From positions 13,411-77,410 of the forward strand of contig DASWJT010000134.1 in NCBI GenBank assembly GCA_036397015.1: a DNA stretch of 64,000 bases, given 5' to 3'. A program made the translations under genes and the position numbers. This DNA comes from Thermoanaerobaculia bacterium (GTDB taxonomy: Bacteria; Acidobacteriota; Thermoanaerobaculia; Multivoradales; JAGPDF01). Shown piece by piece: positions 55,582 through 64,000 of the stretch (the first letter of the stretch is position 1; each line of letters starts with the position of its first letter). The notes under the pieces were generated by a model, which did not search any database, was not told where the DNA came from, and saw only the letters and a list, made by a program, of their open reading frames with translations.

Positions 55582-56870
55582 CGCTCCGCCTCCTCCGTCG
55601 CGCCGCCCGCCCGGATGCCGCCCGTGAACTCCCAGCGGTGAACGGGGAAGTAGACGCCGGCGCCGCGCGACTCGGCGGTGACCGAGAAGGCGAGCAGCCG
55701 GCGCCGGTAGTCGTAGGCGACGCCGTCCTGCGAGTGCACGGCGACGTCGACGCGGTACTCGCCCGGGGCGAGCCGCAGCTGCGGGCAGACGAGGCGCGCC
55801 GTGCCGGCGCCGGCGAAGCGCTCGCTCCGCATGCCCGAGAGGTCGCTGTTGGTGCCCCAGACCTCGGTCCCGCGCGGCGTCGAGACCGCGACGCCGAAGA
55901 CGAAGTCGTCGAGCGGCTCGTGCGCCGTGGCGTCGATCTCGAAGCGCACCGTCTCGCCGCACGCGAAGTGGTAGCGCTCGTTGCCGTCGGCGTCGCACAG
56001 CCGGACGCCGGTGATCTCGGCGGCGCCCGAACCCCAGCGGTCCGCCTCCGCCGCCGCTCCCGGCGCCGGCTCGCTCTCGCCCCGCTCGCTCGCCTGCTTG
56101 CGCGCGCGATGGCTCTCCCCCTCGAGCTCGGCCACCGATTGGCGGTAAGCGTCGACCACCCGCCGCGGCTCGCCGGTCATGCGCGCCACCCCGCGGTCGA
56201 GCCACATCACGCGCGTCGACAGGTCTTCGACCATGCCGAGCGCGTGACTGACGAAGACGACGGTGCGTCCAGCGGCGAGCAGCTCCTCGATCTTGCCGAT
56301 GCAGCGATGGGCGAACGCCTCGTCGCCGACCGCCAGCACCTCGTCGACGAGGAGCACCTCGGGATCGGTGTGGATGGCGACGGCGAAGCCCAGGCGCACG
56401 TACATGCCCGAGGAGTAGTTCTTGACCGGCTCCTCGAGGAACTCGCCGAGGCCCGAGAACTCGACGATCCGCTCGTAGCGCTCCTCGATCTCGCGCCGGC
56501 CGAGGCCGAGCACCGAGGCGGCGATGAAGACGTTCTCGCGGCCCGAGATCTCGGGGTGGAAGCCGGCGCCGAGCTCGATCAGCGCCGTGACGCGGCCGTC
56601 GACGACGAGCGTGCCGGAGCTCGGGCGCAGGATCCCCGAGATGAGCTTCAAGAGCGTTGACTTGCCCGAGCCGTTGCCGCCGATGACGCTGAACATCTCG
56701 CCGCGCGCGACCTCGAAGCTCACCTCGCGCAGCGCCTGCACCATCTCGCCATCCCGCCGCGGCGGCGCGTCGTGGCGAACGAAGAGGCTCTTTAGCGTGC
56801 GCAGCCGGTGGCCGGGCGAGAAGCGCCGGTAGCTCTTCGACAGCTCGCGCGCCCGGATGACGGCGCTCAC
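55578..56870 (-). CDS. ABC exporter ATP-binding protein, Wzt/TagH type with C-terminal carbohydrate-binding (Wzt_C-like) domain
   Basis: 430 aa with GTG overlapping the permease stop (GTGA). Walker A GGNGSGKST, signature YSSGMYVRLGF, Walker B LLVDEVLAVGD. A ~170-aa beta-rich C-terminal domain follows. Confidence 0.85.
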   Translation of the reverse strand: MSAVIRARELSKSYRRFSPGHRLRTLKSLFVRHDAPPRRDGEMVQALREVSFEVARGEMFSVIGGNGSGKSTLLKLISGILRPSSGTLVVDGRVTALIELGAGFHPEISGRENVFIAASVLGLGRREIEERYERIVEFSGLGEFLEEPVKNYSSGMYVRLGFAVAIHTDPEVLLVDEVLAVGDEAFAHRCIGKIEELLAAGRTVVFVSHALGMVEDLSTRVMWLDRGVARMTGEPRRVVDAYRQSVAELEGESHRARKQASERGESEPAPGAAAEADRWGSGAAEITGVRLCDADGNERYHFACGETVRFEIDATAHEPLDDFVFGVAVSTPRGTEVWGTNSDLSGMRSERFAGAGTARLVCPQLRLAPGEYRVDVAVHSQDGVAYDYRRRLLAFSVTAESRGAGVYFPVHRWEFTGGIRAGGATEEAER

Positions 56871-57682
56871 AGCGCCTCCACCAGCGTGTCGCGCAGCCGC
56901 GTGAAGACGAACGCGCCGACCACCCAGGCGAGGAGCGAGACGACCAGCATCTGCAGCCACAGCGCGGCGTCGGGGAAGCGCCCCGCGACGATCGCCTGCT
57001 GGTAGGCGAGCGTGAACGGCGTCGTCGGCGCCAGCCGGACGACCCAGCGCAGGGCGGGAATCTGCACCGCCTCGAGCGGGTAGAAGATCGGGGTCAGGAA
57101 CATCAGCAGCATCAGGCCGCTCGTCAGCAGGTCGCGCACGTCTTTGAAGTGCGCGTGGAGCGTCGCCAGCCCGAGCGCGCAGCCGGCGACGAGCGGCACC
57201 TCGACGAGGACGACGAGCGGCACGGCGACGAGCCCCCAGCCGCCGACGTCGAAGCCCTCGAGGCGGCTCCACAGGAGACCCGCGGCCACCACCGGCAGCG
57301 CCAGCAGGAAGTGGATCATGTTCGCGAGCACCGCCACTCCGGGCAAGAGCTCGATGGGGAAGATCGAGCGCCGGATGAGGTTGGCGTTGGTGGTCAGCGA
57401 GATCGTGCCGTCGCTGAGCGAGGTCGAGAACCAGATCCACGGGAACATGCCGGCGACCAGGAAGAGCGGGTACGGCTCGGCGCCCGGCACCCGCGGCTGG
57501 AAGACGTGGCCGAAGACGAAGCTGTAGACGAGCAGCAGGAGCAGCGGCTGCACCAGCGACCAGAAGAAGCCGAGCAGCGAGCCGCGATAGCGGCCCTTGA
57601 GCTCACGCGCGGTGAGCGTGGCGAGCAGCGCGCGGTGGCGAAGGAGGCTGCCGCCGGGCCCCGGGACGGCCCCGCGGCTCAC
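56867..57682 (-). CDS. ABC-2 type exporter permease (Wzm/TagG-like)
   Basis: 271 aa with GTG overlapping the upstream stop. N-terminal motif LTARELKGRYRGSLLGFFWSLVQP and six TM helices. Confidence 0.85.
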   Translation of the reverse strand: MSRGAVPGPGGSLLRHRALLATLTARELKGRYRGSLLGFFWSLVQPLLLLLVYSFVFGHVFQPRVPGAEPYPLFLVAGMFPWIWFSTSLSDGTISLTTNANLIRRSIFPIELLPGVAVLANMIHFLLALPVVAAGLLWSRLEGFDVGGWGLVAVPLVVLVEVPLVAGCALGLATLHAHFKDVRDLLTSGLMLLMFLTPIFYPLEAVQIPALRWVVRLAPTTPFTLAYQQAIVAGRFPDAALWLQMLVVSLLAWVVGAFVFTRLRDTLVEAL

Positions 57683-58878
57683 CGGCCGGGGGGACTCTGC
57701 AGGTTGCGCAGCGACTCCTCGATCTCGCGCATCTTGCGCCGCGCCTCCTCGATCTGCTTCTGGCGTTGCTGCTCGACGTCGACCGCCTTGCCTTCGGTGA
57801 CCACGTAGACGTGCGGGAACTTGCCGACGTCGCCCCTTTCGTCGAACTGCAAGCTGCCGGTGACGCCGGCGAACTCGTGGACGTTGCGCATCCCTTTCCA
57901 GAACGACAGTCCGCTCGTGCCGCCCTGCCGGTAGGCCTCGACGAGGATGTTGAAGGCGTCGAAGCCGTGCGCGGCGTAGAGGTCGGGATCGTGCTGGTAC
58001 TTGGCGCGGTAGGCCTTGACGAAGGACTCGACCTGGGGCGCGAGCTGGCCCTCGACGTCGAAGGACGTCTGCGCGTAGTAGGTGCCCTCGGCGGCAGTGC
58101 CGGTCTTCTCGATCGTCTCCGCGGCGGCGAACGAGGAGGTGGTGAGGACGAGGCCGGAGAAGCCGAGCCGATCGAGGTGCTGGATCATCCTCGACAGCTC
58201 TTCGGCGTAAGCGGCGAGGAAGACGAAATCGGGCTTGAGCGTCACCACGCGCTCACACAGGGCGGCGAAATCGGCGGTCCCCTCGGGATACTCGACGGTC
58301 TCTTCGATGCGGCCGCCCTTGCGCTGGAACTCGTCCGAGAAGACCTGCTGGATGCCCTTGGCGAAGGTCTCCTCCTTGGCCAGGACGACACCGACCCTGA
58401 GGCGCAAGTTGTCGTGGGCGTAGCGCGCCATCACCGTCCCCTCCGCGAAGTCGGACGGGAAGACGCGGAAGAAGTTCGAGGAGATGCCGGTGAGCTGGGG
58501 CGAGGAGGCCGAGGGCGAGAGCAGCGTGCGCTGCCTGTCGTCCGCTTCCTTCACCATCGCCAGGGCCTCGGCGCTGGTGACGCCGCCGATCACCGCCATG
58601 GCACCGTCGCGGTAGAGCTTGCTCAGCTCGTCCTTGGCGCGAGCGGGTTCGCCGCCGGAGTCGACGATCACCAGCTCGAGCCGGCTCCCCAGCTCCGGAT
58701 CCGCCTTCGCTCTCTCGTAGCCGAGCTCGATGCCCTTGCGAATCGCCTGCCCGTAGACCTCGGCGTAGCCGGAGAGCGGCAGCACCGCGCCGAAGCGGAT
58801 CGTCTTGTCGCCGCAGCCGACGGCTGCCGCCAGGCACACCACTGCGCACGCTGCGAGCCATCGTCTCGAGTTCGGCAC
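57679..58878 (-). CDS. Periplasmic-binding-protein type I (LivK/Peripla_BP_6-like) lipoprotein with charged C-terminal helix
   Basis: GTG at 58878 after GAGGAGG gives a signal peptide with lipobox AAAVGC. IRFGAVLPLSGYAEVYGQ... is typical of Leu/Ile/Val-binding-protein-fold proteins. The C-terminal tail is QQRQKQIEEARRKMREIEESLRNL. Confidence 0.8.
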   Translation of the reverse strand: MPNSRRWLAACAVVCLAAAVGCGDKTIRFGAVLPLSGYAEVYGQAIRKGIELGYERAKADPELGSRLELVIVDSGGEPARAKDELSKLYRDGAMAVIGGVTSAEALAMVKEADDRQRTLLSPSASSPQLTGISSNFFRVFPSDFAEGTVMARYAHDNLRLRVGVVLAKEETFAKGIQQVFSDEFQRKGGRIEETVEYPEGTADFAALCERVVTLKPDFVFLAAYAEELSRMIQHLDRLGFSGLVLTTSSFAAAETIEKTGTAAEGTYYAQTSFDVEGQLAPQVESFVKAYRAKYQHDPDLYAAHGFDAFNILVEAYRQGGTSGLSFWKGMRNVHEFAGVTGSLQFDERGDVGKFPHVYVVTEGKAVDVEQQRQKQIEEARRKMREIEESLRNLQSPPGR

Positions 58879-58945
58879 CGGGCGAACCTCCTCGGGGCCC
58901 CGTAGTATGCCACGCACCCCCCGGCGCGGGGCTAGAATCGGGGCG

Positions 58946-59251
58946 ATGACGACCCGCTCGCACCTGCGCCTGCGCTGCCCCGATTGCGACTGCGAGCTCG
59001 TCGTCGACGCCGCGACCGGCGAGGTCCTGAGTCATCGCCCGGCCAAGCCCGCGCCCGGCGGCGGCAAGAGCTTCGATTCGCTCTTCGCCGACCTCGACGC
59101 GCAGAAGGCGAGCGCCGAGGATCGCTTCGAGCAGGAGAAGAGCGCCTACGCCGACCGCGAGCGCCTGCTCGAGGAGAAGTTCAAGGAGGCGATGAAGCGG
59201 GCCGAAGAGGAGCCCGACCAGCCGATCCGGCGCCCGTTCGACTACGACTGA
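58946..59251 (+). CDS. Small hypothetical protein with N-terminal CxxCxC knuckle and charged helical tail
   Basis: 101 aa from the ATG at 58946 (MTTRSHLRLRCPDCDCELVVD...RPFDYD). High GC3 and no SD. TAGAAT lies 7 nt upstream. Confidence 0.5.
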   Translation: MTTRSHLRLRCPDCDCELVVDAATGEVLSHRPAKPAPGGGKSFDSLFADLDAQKASAEDRFEQEKSAYADRERLLEEKFKEAMKRAEEEPDQPIRRPFDYD

Positions 59252-59283
59252 GCGGCTCGGCCGGCAGCACGAAGAGTCCCCCC

Positions 59284-59994
59284 TTGCACCCGCTCCCCCT
59301 CGTCCTCGCCCACCGCGGCGGCGCCCGCGAAGCGCCCGAGAACACGCTCGCGGCGCTCCGCCATGCCGTCGCCTCCGGCGCGGACGGCGTCGAGCTCGAC
59401 GTGCGCCTGAGCGCCGACGGCGTGCCTGTCGTCTTCCACGACGAGGACCTCGCCCGCTTCGTGCGCCGGCCGGCGCGGCTCGAGGAGCTCGCCGCCGCCG
59501 AGCTCGCGGCCACCGACCTCGGCCTGCGCCGGCGGCGCTTCCGGGGCGAGCGCGTGCCGACGCTCGGCGAGGCGCTGGCGGCGGCCGCTCCGCTCGCACT
59601 CGTCAACCTCGAGCTCAAGCCGACCGCCCGGATCGAGCCGCTCGCCGCCGTCGTCGTCGAGGCGGTGGCAGCAGCCGGCCTCGGTCACCGGACGGTGATC
59701 ACGTCGCTCGATCCGCGTCTGCTCGCCGAGCTCGAACGGCGTGCCCCGGCGCTCGCCCGTGGCGCCGTGCTCGAGGCGCCGCAAGACGACGACGGCTGGC
59801 TCGCGCATCCGCTCGTCAGCCTCGCCCTGCCGCTCGCCCGCGCCGGTCTCGCCGAGCGCGCCCGTCGCGCCGGCCGGCGCGTTCTGGTGTGGACCGAGAA
59901 CGATCCGCGGCAGCTCGCGCGCTGGGCCGAGCTCGGCGTCGAGGCGGTGATCACCGACCGGCCGGCGCGCTTCGTCGCCGCCGGCCGGAGGTGA
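59284..59994 (+). CDS. Glycerophosphodiester phosphodiesterase family protein
   Basis: 236 aa from the TTG at 59284. GDPD motifs LAHRGG..APENT, ELDVRLSADGVPVVFHD and VLVWTEND. Start uncertain. Confidence 0.72.
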   Translation: MHPLPLVLAHRGGAREAPENTLAALRHAVASGADGVELDVRLSADGVPVVFHDEDLARFVRRPARLEELAAAELAATDLGLRRRRFRGERVPTLGEALAAAAPLALVNLELKPTARIEPLAAVVVEAVAAAGLGHRTVITSLDPRLLAELERRAPALARGAVLEAPQDDDGWLAHPLVSLALPLARAGLAERARRAGRRVLVWTENDPRQLARWAELGVEAVITDRPARFVAAGRR

Positions 59995-59997
59995 GGC

Positions 59998-61197
59998 TCA
60001 GAGACCTTCGGGCCGCCGCGTGAAGACGAGGTGCGCCGGGCCGGCGTCGAAGCGCCGGAAGCCGAGCAGGTGGAAGACGTCGCGCACTCCGAAGCGCGCG
60101 ACGCGGCGGTGGACGACGTAGGTGTCGGCCACCTGCGGATGCCGCGCGACGCCGGGCAGCAGGGGCAGCAGGCGGTCGACGCGCAGCCGCCGGAGCGTCG
60201 CCGAGAGCTCGAACCAGAAGCGCGGCACCGGCCGCGCGACGAAAAAGCCGTCGTCGCCCAGCGGCTGGTAGAGCGGCATCAGCAGGCGGCCGCCCATCGG
60301 CGCGGCGACGACGCCGTCGCGATCGGTGGCGAGCGGCTGGCCGCGCTCGATCGGATCGAAGCTCGCGAAGCCCGGCTGCATTCGGAAGCGGTCGTCTTCC
60401 GAGACGCGGTGCCGGTAGAGCACCTCGACGAGTTGCGGCGTCTCGCCGCGGCTCGCGCGCAGCAGCTTGCGTCCCTTCTCGGCGCGGGCGCGCAGGCCGC
60501 GCGGCAGCAGGCCCGCAGCGTCGAGCGCGATCCACACCGCCGCCTCGCAGCGGTCGATCGAAGCCGGATCGTCGTGGCGCCCGCCCTCGAAGGCGAGGCT
60601 GGTGACGCCGCGCGCCGCGAAGTCGAAAACGAGCGTGCCGACGAGCTCCTCCTCGAGGCCGAGCACGAGCGGCACCGGGAAGTGGAGCGCGAAGCGGCGG
60701 TTGGGCAACGAGTCATCGAGCACCGCGAACGCCGGGCCGGCACCCGAGGTGGTGTGGAGGTCGAGCAGGAAAGCGCGGCGCGCGGCCACGGCGCCGATCT
60801 CGCCGGCGAGCGCCGCGTCGAGCTCGGCGAGCTCGTGATCCTCGCGCGTGCGCCACTCGCCGCCGCGCGCGGCGGCGAGCGTCGGCTCCCGCCACATGCG
60901 GTTCAAGTCGCGGTCGAGGTAGCGCTGGCCGGCGGCGAGCGCGCCGAGGTGGCCGGCGAAACCGACGACGCCGCCCGCGAGCGGCTCGGCCGGCTCGTCG
61001 AGCGCCGCGAAGACCCGGGCGAGGGCGGCGACGCCGGCCGGCTCGTTGCCGTGCAGACCGGCAATGCAGACGAGCCGCGGTCCGTCGGCGCGATCAACGC
61101 GGCGGCCGATGAGGCGCGCTGGGGGCGCGGCGGCAGGACGGGGCGGGTTGGCGGGGCCGATGGCGAGGGCGCGGGGCGACGACATCCGGGGCGGCAT
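59998..61197 (-). CDS. Succinylglutamate desuccinylase/aspartoacylase (AstE/AspA, M14-like) family protein
   Basis: 399 aa. Zn-site motif CIAGLHGNEPAG, plus DLNRMW and LDLHTTSG. The alternative ATG is at 61185. Confidence 0.75.
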   Translation of the reverse strand: MPPRMSSPRALAIGPANPPRPAAAPPARLIGRRVDRADGPRLVCIAGLHGNEPAGVAALARVFAALDEPAEPLAGGVVGFAGHLGALAAGQRYLDRDLNRMWREPTLAAARGGEWRTREDHELAELDAALAGEIGAVAARRAFLLDLHTTSGAGPAFAVLDDSLPNRRFALHFPVPLVLGLEEELVGTLVFDFAARGVTSLAFEGGRHDDPASIDRCEAAVWIALDAAGLLPRGLRARAEKGRKLLRASRGETPQLVEVLYRHRVSEDDRFRMQPGFASFDPIERGQPLATDRDGVVAAPMGGRLLMPLYQPLGDDGFFVARPVPRFWFELSATLRRLRVDRLLPLLPGVARHPQVADTYVVHRRVARFGVRDVFHLLGFRRFDAGPAHLVFTRRPEGL

Positions 61198-61210
61198 TCT
61201 ATGCCGCGCG

Positions 61211-61267
61211 AGGTGCCAGCCGATTCGCGATCCGTGACTTCGCCCGCCAGGTGCCAGCCGATTCGCG
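61211..61267. repeat. Two perfect 19-bp direct repeats AGGTGCCAGCCGATTCGCG (61211-61229 and 61249-61267), 38-bp period
   Basis: Read directly from the sequence. They sit in the promoter region of the AstE/AspA-like gene, directly upstream (minus strand) of a TAGAAT hexamer. Confidence 0.85.
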
Positions 61268-61306
61268 CGCGCGCGCGTGTCTGCCGCGGCCGCAGCCCCG
61301 ACCCGA

Positions 61307-62602
61307 TCAGAGCGGCAGATTCAGGTTGTAGGCGTACCGGCCCCGCTGGACGACGAGGAAGAGGCTGCCGCGATCGAGCGAGCGCAGCACCTCGTGGCCC
61401 AGCTGCTCGAGGTCGCGCAGGCGCTGGCCGTTGGCGGCGAGCAGGCGATCCCCGGCCGCGAAGCCGGCGCGGCCGGCGCGCGAGCGGCGATCGGCGCCCT
61501 TGACGAGGAGTGCGCCGCGATCCTCCGCCACGGTGAGACCGAGCGTCTCGGCCAGCACGCGCACGCCGAGCCCCTTGGGTGGCCGGACCGCGGCGAGCGC
61601 GAGCTTCAAAGTCTGCTCGCCCCGCCGCACGTCGACGCGAACCGGCGTGCCGGCGGCGACAGTGTAGAAGGCCGTCATCAGGTCCTCGCGGGCGGTAAGC
61701 GGGCGGCCTTCGATGGCGACGAGGAGGTCGCCGGCCCGAACGCCCGCGCGCGCCGCCGGGGAGGCCTCGAACACGCGTACGACGTAGGCGCCACGGCTGA
61801 CCGGAAGGCCCTCGCGGCGCGCCAGCTCGGGGTCGATCGTCTCGAGCCGGAGCCCGGTCCACAACGGCTGCAGCTCGCCGTAGCGCAGCAGATCGTCGAC
61901 GACGCGCTGGGCGCGATCGGCCGGAATCGCGAAGCCGATGCCGGAGGCGCCCTGGATGATTGCGGTGTTGATGCCGATCACCCGGCCGGCGAGATTGACC
62001 AGCGGCCCGCCCGAGTTACCGGGATTGATCGACGCGTCGGTCTGCAGGAAATCCGAGAAGCGCGCGCTGCCGCCCTCGCCCGGCACCGTGCGGCCGCGTG
62101 CCGAGAGCACGCCCGTCGTCACCGTGTTGGAGAGCCCGAAGGGATTGCCGATCGCGATCACCGACTCGCCCATCAGCAGGTCGGCGCTCCTCCCGAGCGG
62201 CGTCGCCGGCAGGCCGCGCTGCGCGACTTTGAGCACGGCCAGGTCGGCGTCGCGGTCGGCGCCGAGGACGTCGGCCTCGATCTCGCGGCCGTCGCGCAAG
62301 ACGACGAGGATCCGCGACGCACCCTCGATGACGTGCGCGTTGGTGACGACGATGCCGGCCGGGTCGATGATCAGTCCCGAGCCGAGCGACTGGGCGCGCC
62401 GCGTGCGGTAGCCGAAGAGCGAGCCGAAGAACGGATCGACCTCGCGCACCATCGATTCGGCGGCGATGTTGACGACCGAGGGAGCGACGCGCTCGACCAC
62501 CTCGACCACTGGCGTGCGGCGGACGGCGTCGGCCTGCGCCGAGAGCGGGGAGAAGGGGGCGAGCGCGAGAGCGGGAAGAGCGAAAAGGAGTCGCTTCGTC
62601 AT
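61307..62602 (-). CDS. DegP/HtrA-family periplasmic serine protease with PDZ domains
   Basis: 431 aa with a signal peptide. Catalytic triad context TNAHVI, DLAVLKV and GNSGGPLVN. PDZ-like C-terminal regions. Confidence 0.88.
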   Translation of the reverse strand: MTKRLLFALPALALAPFSPLSAQADAVRRTPVVEVVERVAPSVVNIAAESMVREVDPFFGSLFGYRTRRAQSLGSGLIIDPAGIVVTNAHVIEGASRILVVLRDGREIEADVLGADRDADLAVLKVAQRGLPATPLGRSADLLMGESVIAIGNPFGLSNTVTTGVLSARGRTVPGEGGSARFSDFLQTDASINPGNSGGPLVNLAGRVIGINTAIIQGASGIGFAIPADRAQRVVDDLLRYGELQPLWTGLRLETIDPELARREGLPVSRGAYVVRVFEASPAARAGVRAGDLLVAIEGRPLTAREDLMTAFYTVAAGTPVRVDVRRGEQTLKLALAAVRPPKGLGVRVLAETLGLTVAEDRGALLVKGADRRSRAGRAGFAAGDRLLAANGQRLRDLEQLGHEVLRSLDRGSLFLVVQRGRYAYNLNLPL

Positions 62603-62648
62603 GGCGGAGCGACGCTAACGCACGATGTGTGCCCGGCCGAGAGGGGCC

Positions 62649-63992
62649 TCAGAGACGGAAATAGCGGACGCCGGAGGCGAGCTCGACCTCGGCCGCGCCG
62701 GCGAGCGCGAGGGGCGCGCCGTCGCGTCCGACGGCGCCGACGACCGGCGCGGGCAGCGGCGCCCGGAGCGGCGCCCCGATCGACCATCCCGCCACCACCT
62801 CGCCGCCGTCGGGACGAGCGAAGCGATAGAGCCGCGCTCCCCCGGGCGCCGACAGCGGCCCGTGGCACTGCGAATCGGCTGGCACCTCGCGGACGAGGGT
62901 GGCGAGGGCGGCGTAGGCCGGCCTCCGGCGCAGCTCGCCCGCCGCGCCGGGATCGATCAGGCCGTAGCCCCGCGCCACGAGCTGCCACCAGAAGATCCGC
63001 TCGACGTAGCCGCTCGCGAGGGCGAGCAGGTAGAAGCGGGCGAGGTAGTCGGCCTGCGTCTCCTCGTCGACCGCCACCCGCCGGCCGGCCGGCGAGTGCG
63101 GACCCTCGGCGAGCGGCCAGTTGACCTCGGTGATCCACTGGCGGCGGCCCGCGACGAGGCGCGAGGTCTCCGCGATCGCCCCGAGCATCGTCACCTTGTC
63201 GACCGTGTCGAAGCCGAGCTGACGGCTCTCCGGCGCGCCGCGGCGGTCGACGTAGAGCAAGCTCGCCAGGGCGTCGAAGCGCAGCGTCGGGTGGCGCCGG
63301 TTGAGCACCATGGCGGTCGCGTGCGCCTCGAAGTCGATCACCGCCGGGCCGGCGATCTCGACGCCGGGCCGGCGGCGCAGGATCGCCGCCGCCGCCGCGG
63401 CGAGCTCCAGGTACTCGCCGTACGACCACACTCCCCACTTCGAGCGGTTGATCGCCTGGCCGATCTGGAAGCGCGCGCCGTAGGGGGCGAAACGCTCGGC
63501 GAGCTCCTCGATCGCGGCGCGCCAGCGAGGCGGATCGCGCACCAGCTCGCGGCTCTGCGGCAGGGCGAAGGTGAGCTCGAGGCCGGCGCCGGCGAGCTCG
63601 CGCGCCAGCGCCTCCTCGGCCGCGTGCTCGCCCTGCCACGGATGCAGCCGCAGGAGCGCCTGACGGACGCCGAGCGAGAAGACCGCGTCGAGGAGCGCCT
63701 CGGGATCCGCCGGCCACGGCCGCAGCGCGACGCCGGCGCCCGGCCACAGGAAGGGCGCCGCGTTGCGGGCGGCGGCGAGCTCGCGGTAACGGCGGCGGAT
63801 GCGGGGCACGGCGCCGGCGAGCGCCGCCACGCTGCGCAGGTGGTCGGGCAGATCGGCAATGCGCGCCCCGAACCGGCCGATCCGGCCGGCATGCGAGTGC
63901 GGCTGGTCGGAGAGCGCATCCCAGACGATGCGGTCGCGTGGCCCGGCGCCCGCCGGTGGCAGCGGGATGTGCGGGTGCGCGCCGCGCGGCAC
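62649..63992 (-). CDS. Hypothetical protein, possibly a TIM-barrel glycoside-hydrolase-like enzyme; N-terminus may extend beyond the window
   Basis: 447 aa in the track with a GTG at 63992; the frame stays open to the window edge. High GC3. The function guess rests only on weak GH-like patterns (QIGQAINRSKWG, ITEVNWP). Confidence 0.5.
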   Translation of the reverse strand: MPRGAHPHIPLPPAGAGPRDRIVWDALSDQPHSHAGRIGRFGARIADLPDHLRSVAALAGAVPRIRRRYRELAAARNAAPFLWPGAGVALRPWPADPEALLDAVFSLGVRQALLRLHPWQGEHAAEEALARELAGAGLELTFALPQSRELVRDPPRWRAAIEELAERFAPYGARFQIGQAINRSKWGVWSYGEYLELAAAAAAILRRRPGVEIAGPAVIDFEAHATAMVLNRRHPTLRFDALASLLYVDRRGAPESRQLGFDTVDKVTMLGAIAETSRLVAGRRQWITEVNWPLAEGPHSPAGRRVAVDEETQADYLARFYLLALASGYVERIFWWQLVARGYGLIDPGAAGELRRRPAYAALATLVREVPADSQCHGPLSAPGGARLYRFARPDGGEVVAGWSIGAPLRAPLPAPVVGAVGRDGAPLALAGAAEVELASGVRYFRL

Positions 63993-64000
63993 GAGCCACG

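Noticed and set aside
61211-61267. Sigma54 promoter reading of the TGGCAC inside each 19-bp repeat
   Set aside because: For the proximal copy, the GC of the would-be -12 element is one base out of register (TGGCAC-CTCGC-GCGGCA). The distal copy has the right spacing but GGGCG instead of TTGCA. No bEBP gene is adjacent.

Overview
This is a very GC-rich bacterial chromosomal segment; third codon positions are almost all G/C, which creates many long spurious antisense ORFs in the track. Most of it is housekeeping. Recognised genes, in order: a partial SDR epimerase; queD-queE; two c-di-GMP proteins (GAF-GAF-GGDEF and PAS-GGDEF-EAL); a giant beta-propeller histidine kinase; a complete Rrf2-sufBCDSU Fe-S operon with a clear palindromic operator; an AI-2E transporter; a GAF-kinase-like-REC protein whose kinase motifs are degenerate; a DUF2911 protein; a LiaF-like/LytS/LytTR four-gene module; acs; a tiny lysine-rich histone-H1-like gene built from perfect 27-bp repeats; a REC-REC-PEP/pyruvate-binding protein; two divergent glutamate dehydrogenase paralogs; pterin-4a-carbinolamine dehydratase; a crotonase; tRNA-Asn; rpoD-dnaG-mutS2-rpsU; an Slt-type lytic transglycosylase; tRNA-Met(CAT); yggS-yggT-divIVA; an AbiEii-type nucleotidyltransferase pair; hutI; a Wzm/Wzt-type ABC exporter operon; a glycerophosphodiesterase; an AstE/AspA-family hydrolase; and a DegP/HtrA protease. 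Many neighbouring genes overlap by 4 nt (ATGA/GTGA), which suggests translational coupling. I see no CRISPR array, transposase, integrase, prophage or recognisable multi-gene defence island, and I cannot honestly point to one clear novel system. The most unusual items are: (1) an orphan promoter-to-terminator unit at 35197-35524 carrying a 15-nt perfect complement of the canonical 16S rRNA 3' tail, micro-ORFs and GGAGG/CCTCC motifs; (2) a translationally coupled operon joining a LivK-type binding lipoprotein to a Wzm/Wzt exporter and a DUF3467 protein; (3) the repeat-built H1-like gene; (4) a toxin-antitoxin-like NTase pair welded between divIVA and hutI; (5) a hybrid kinase whose phospho-acceptor His and ATP-binding Asn are both substituted. 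All function calls rest on my reading of motifs in the supplied translations; no database search was run.
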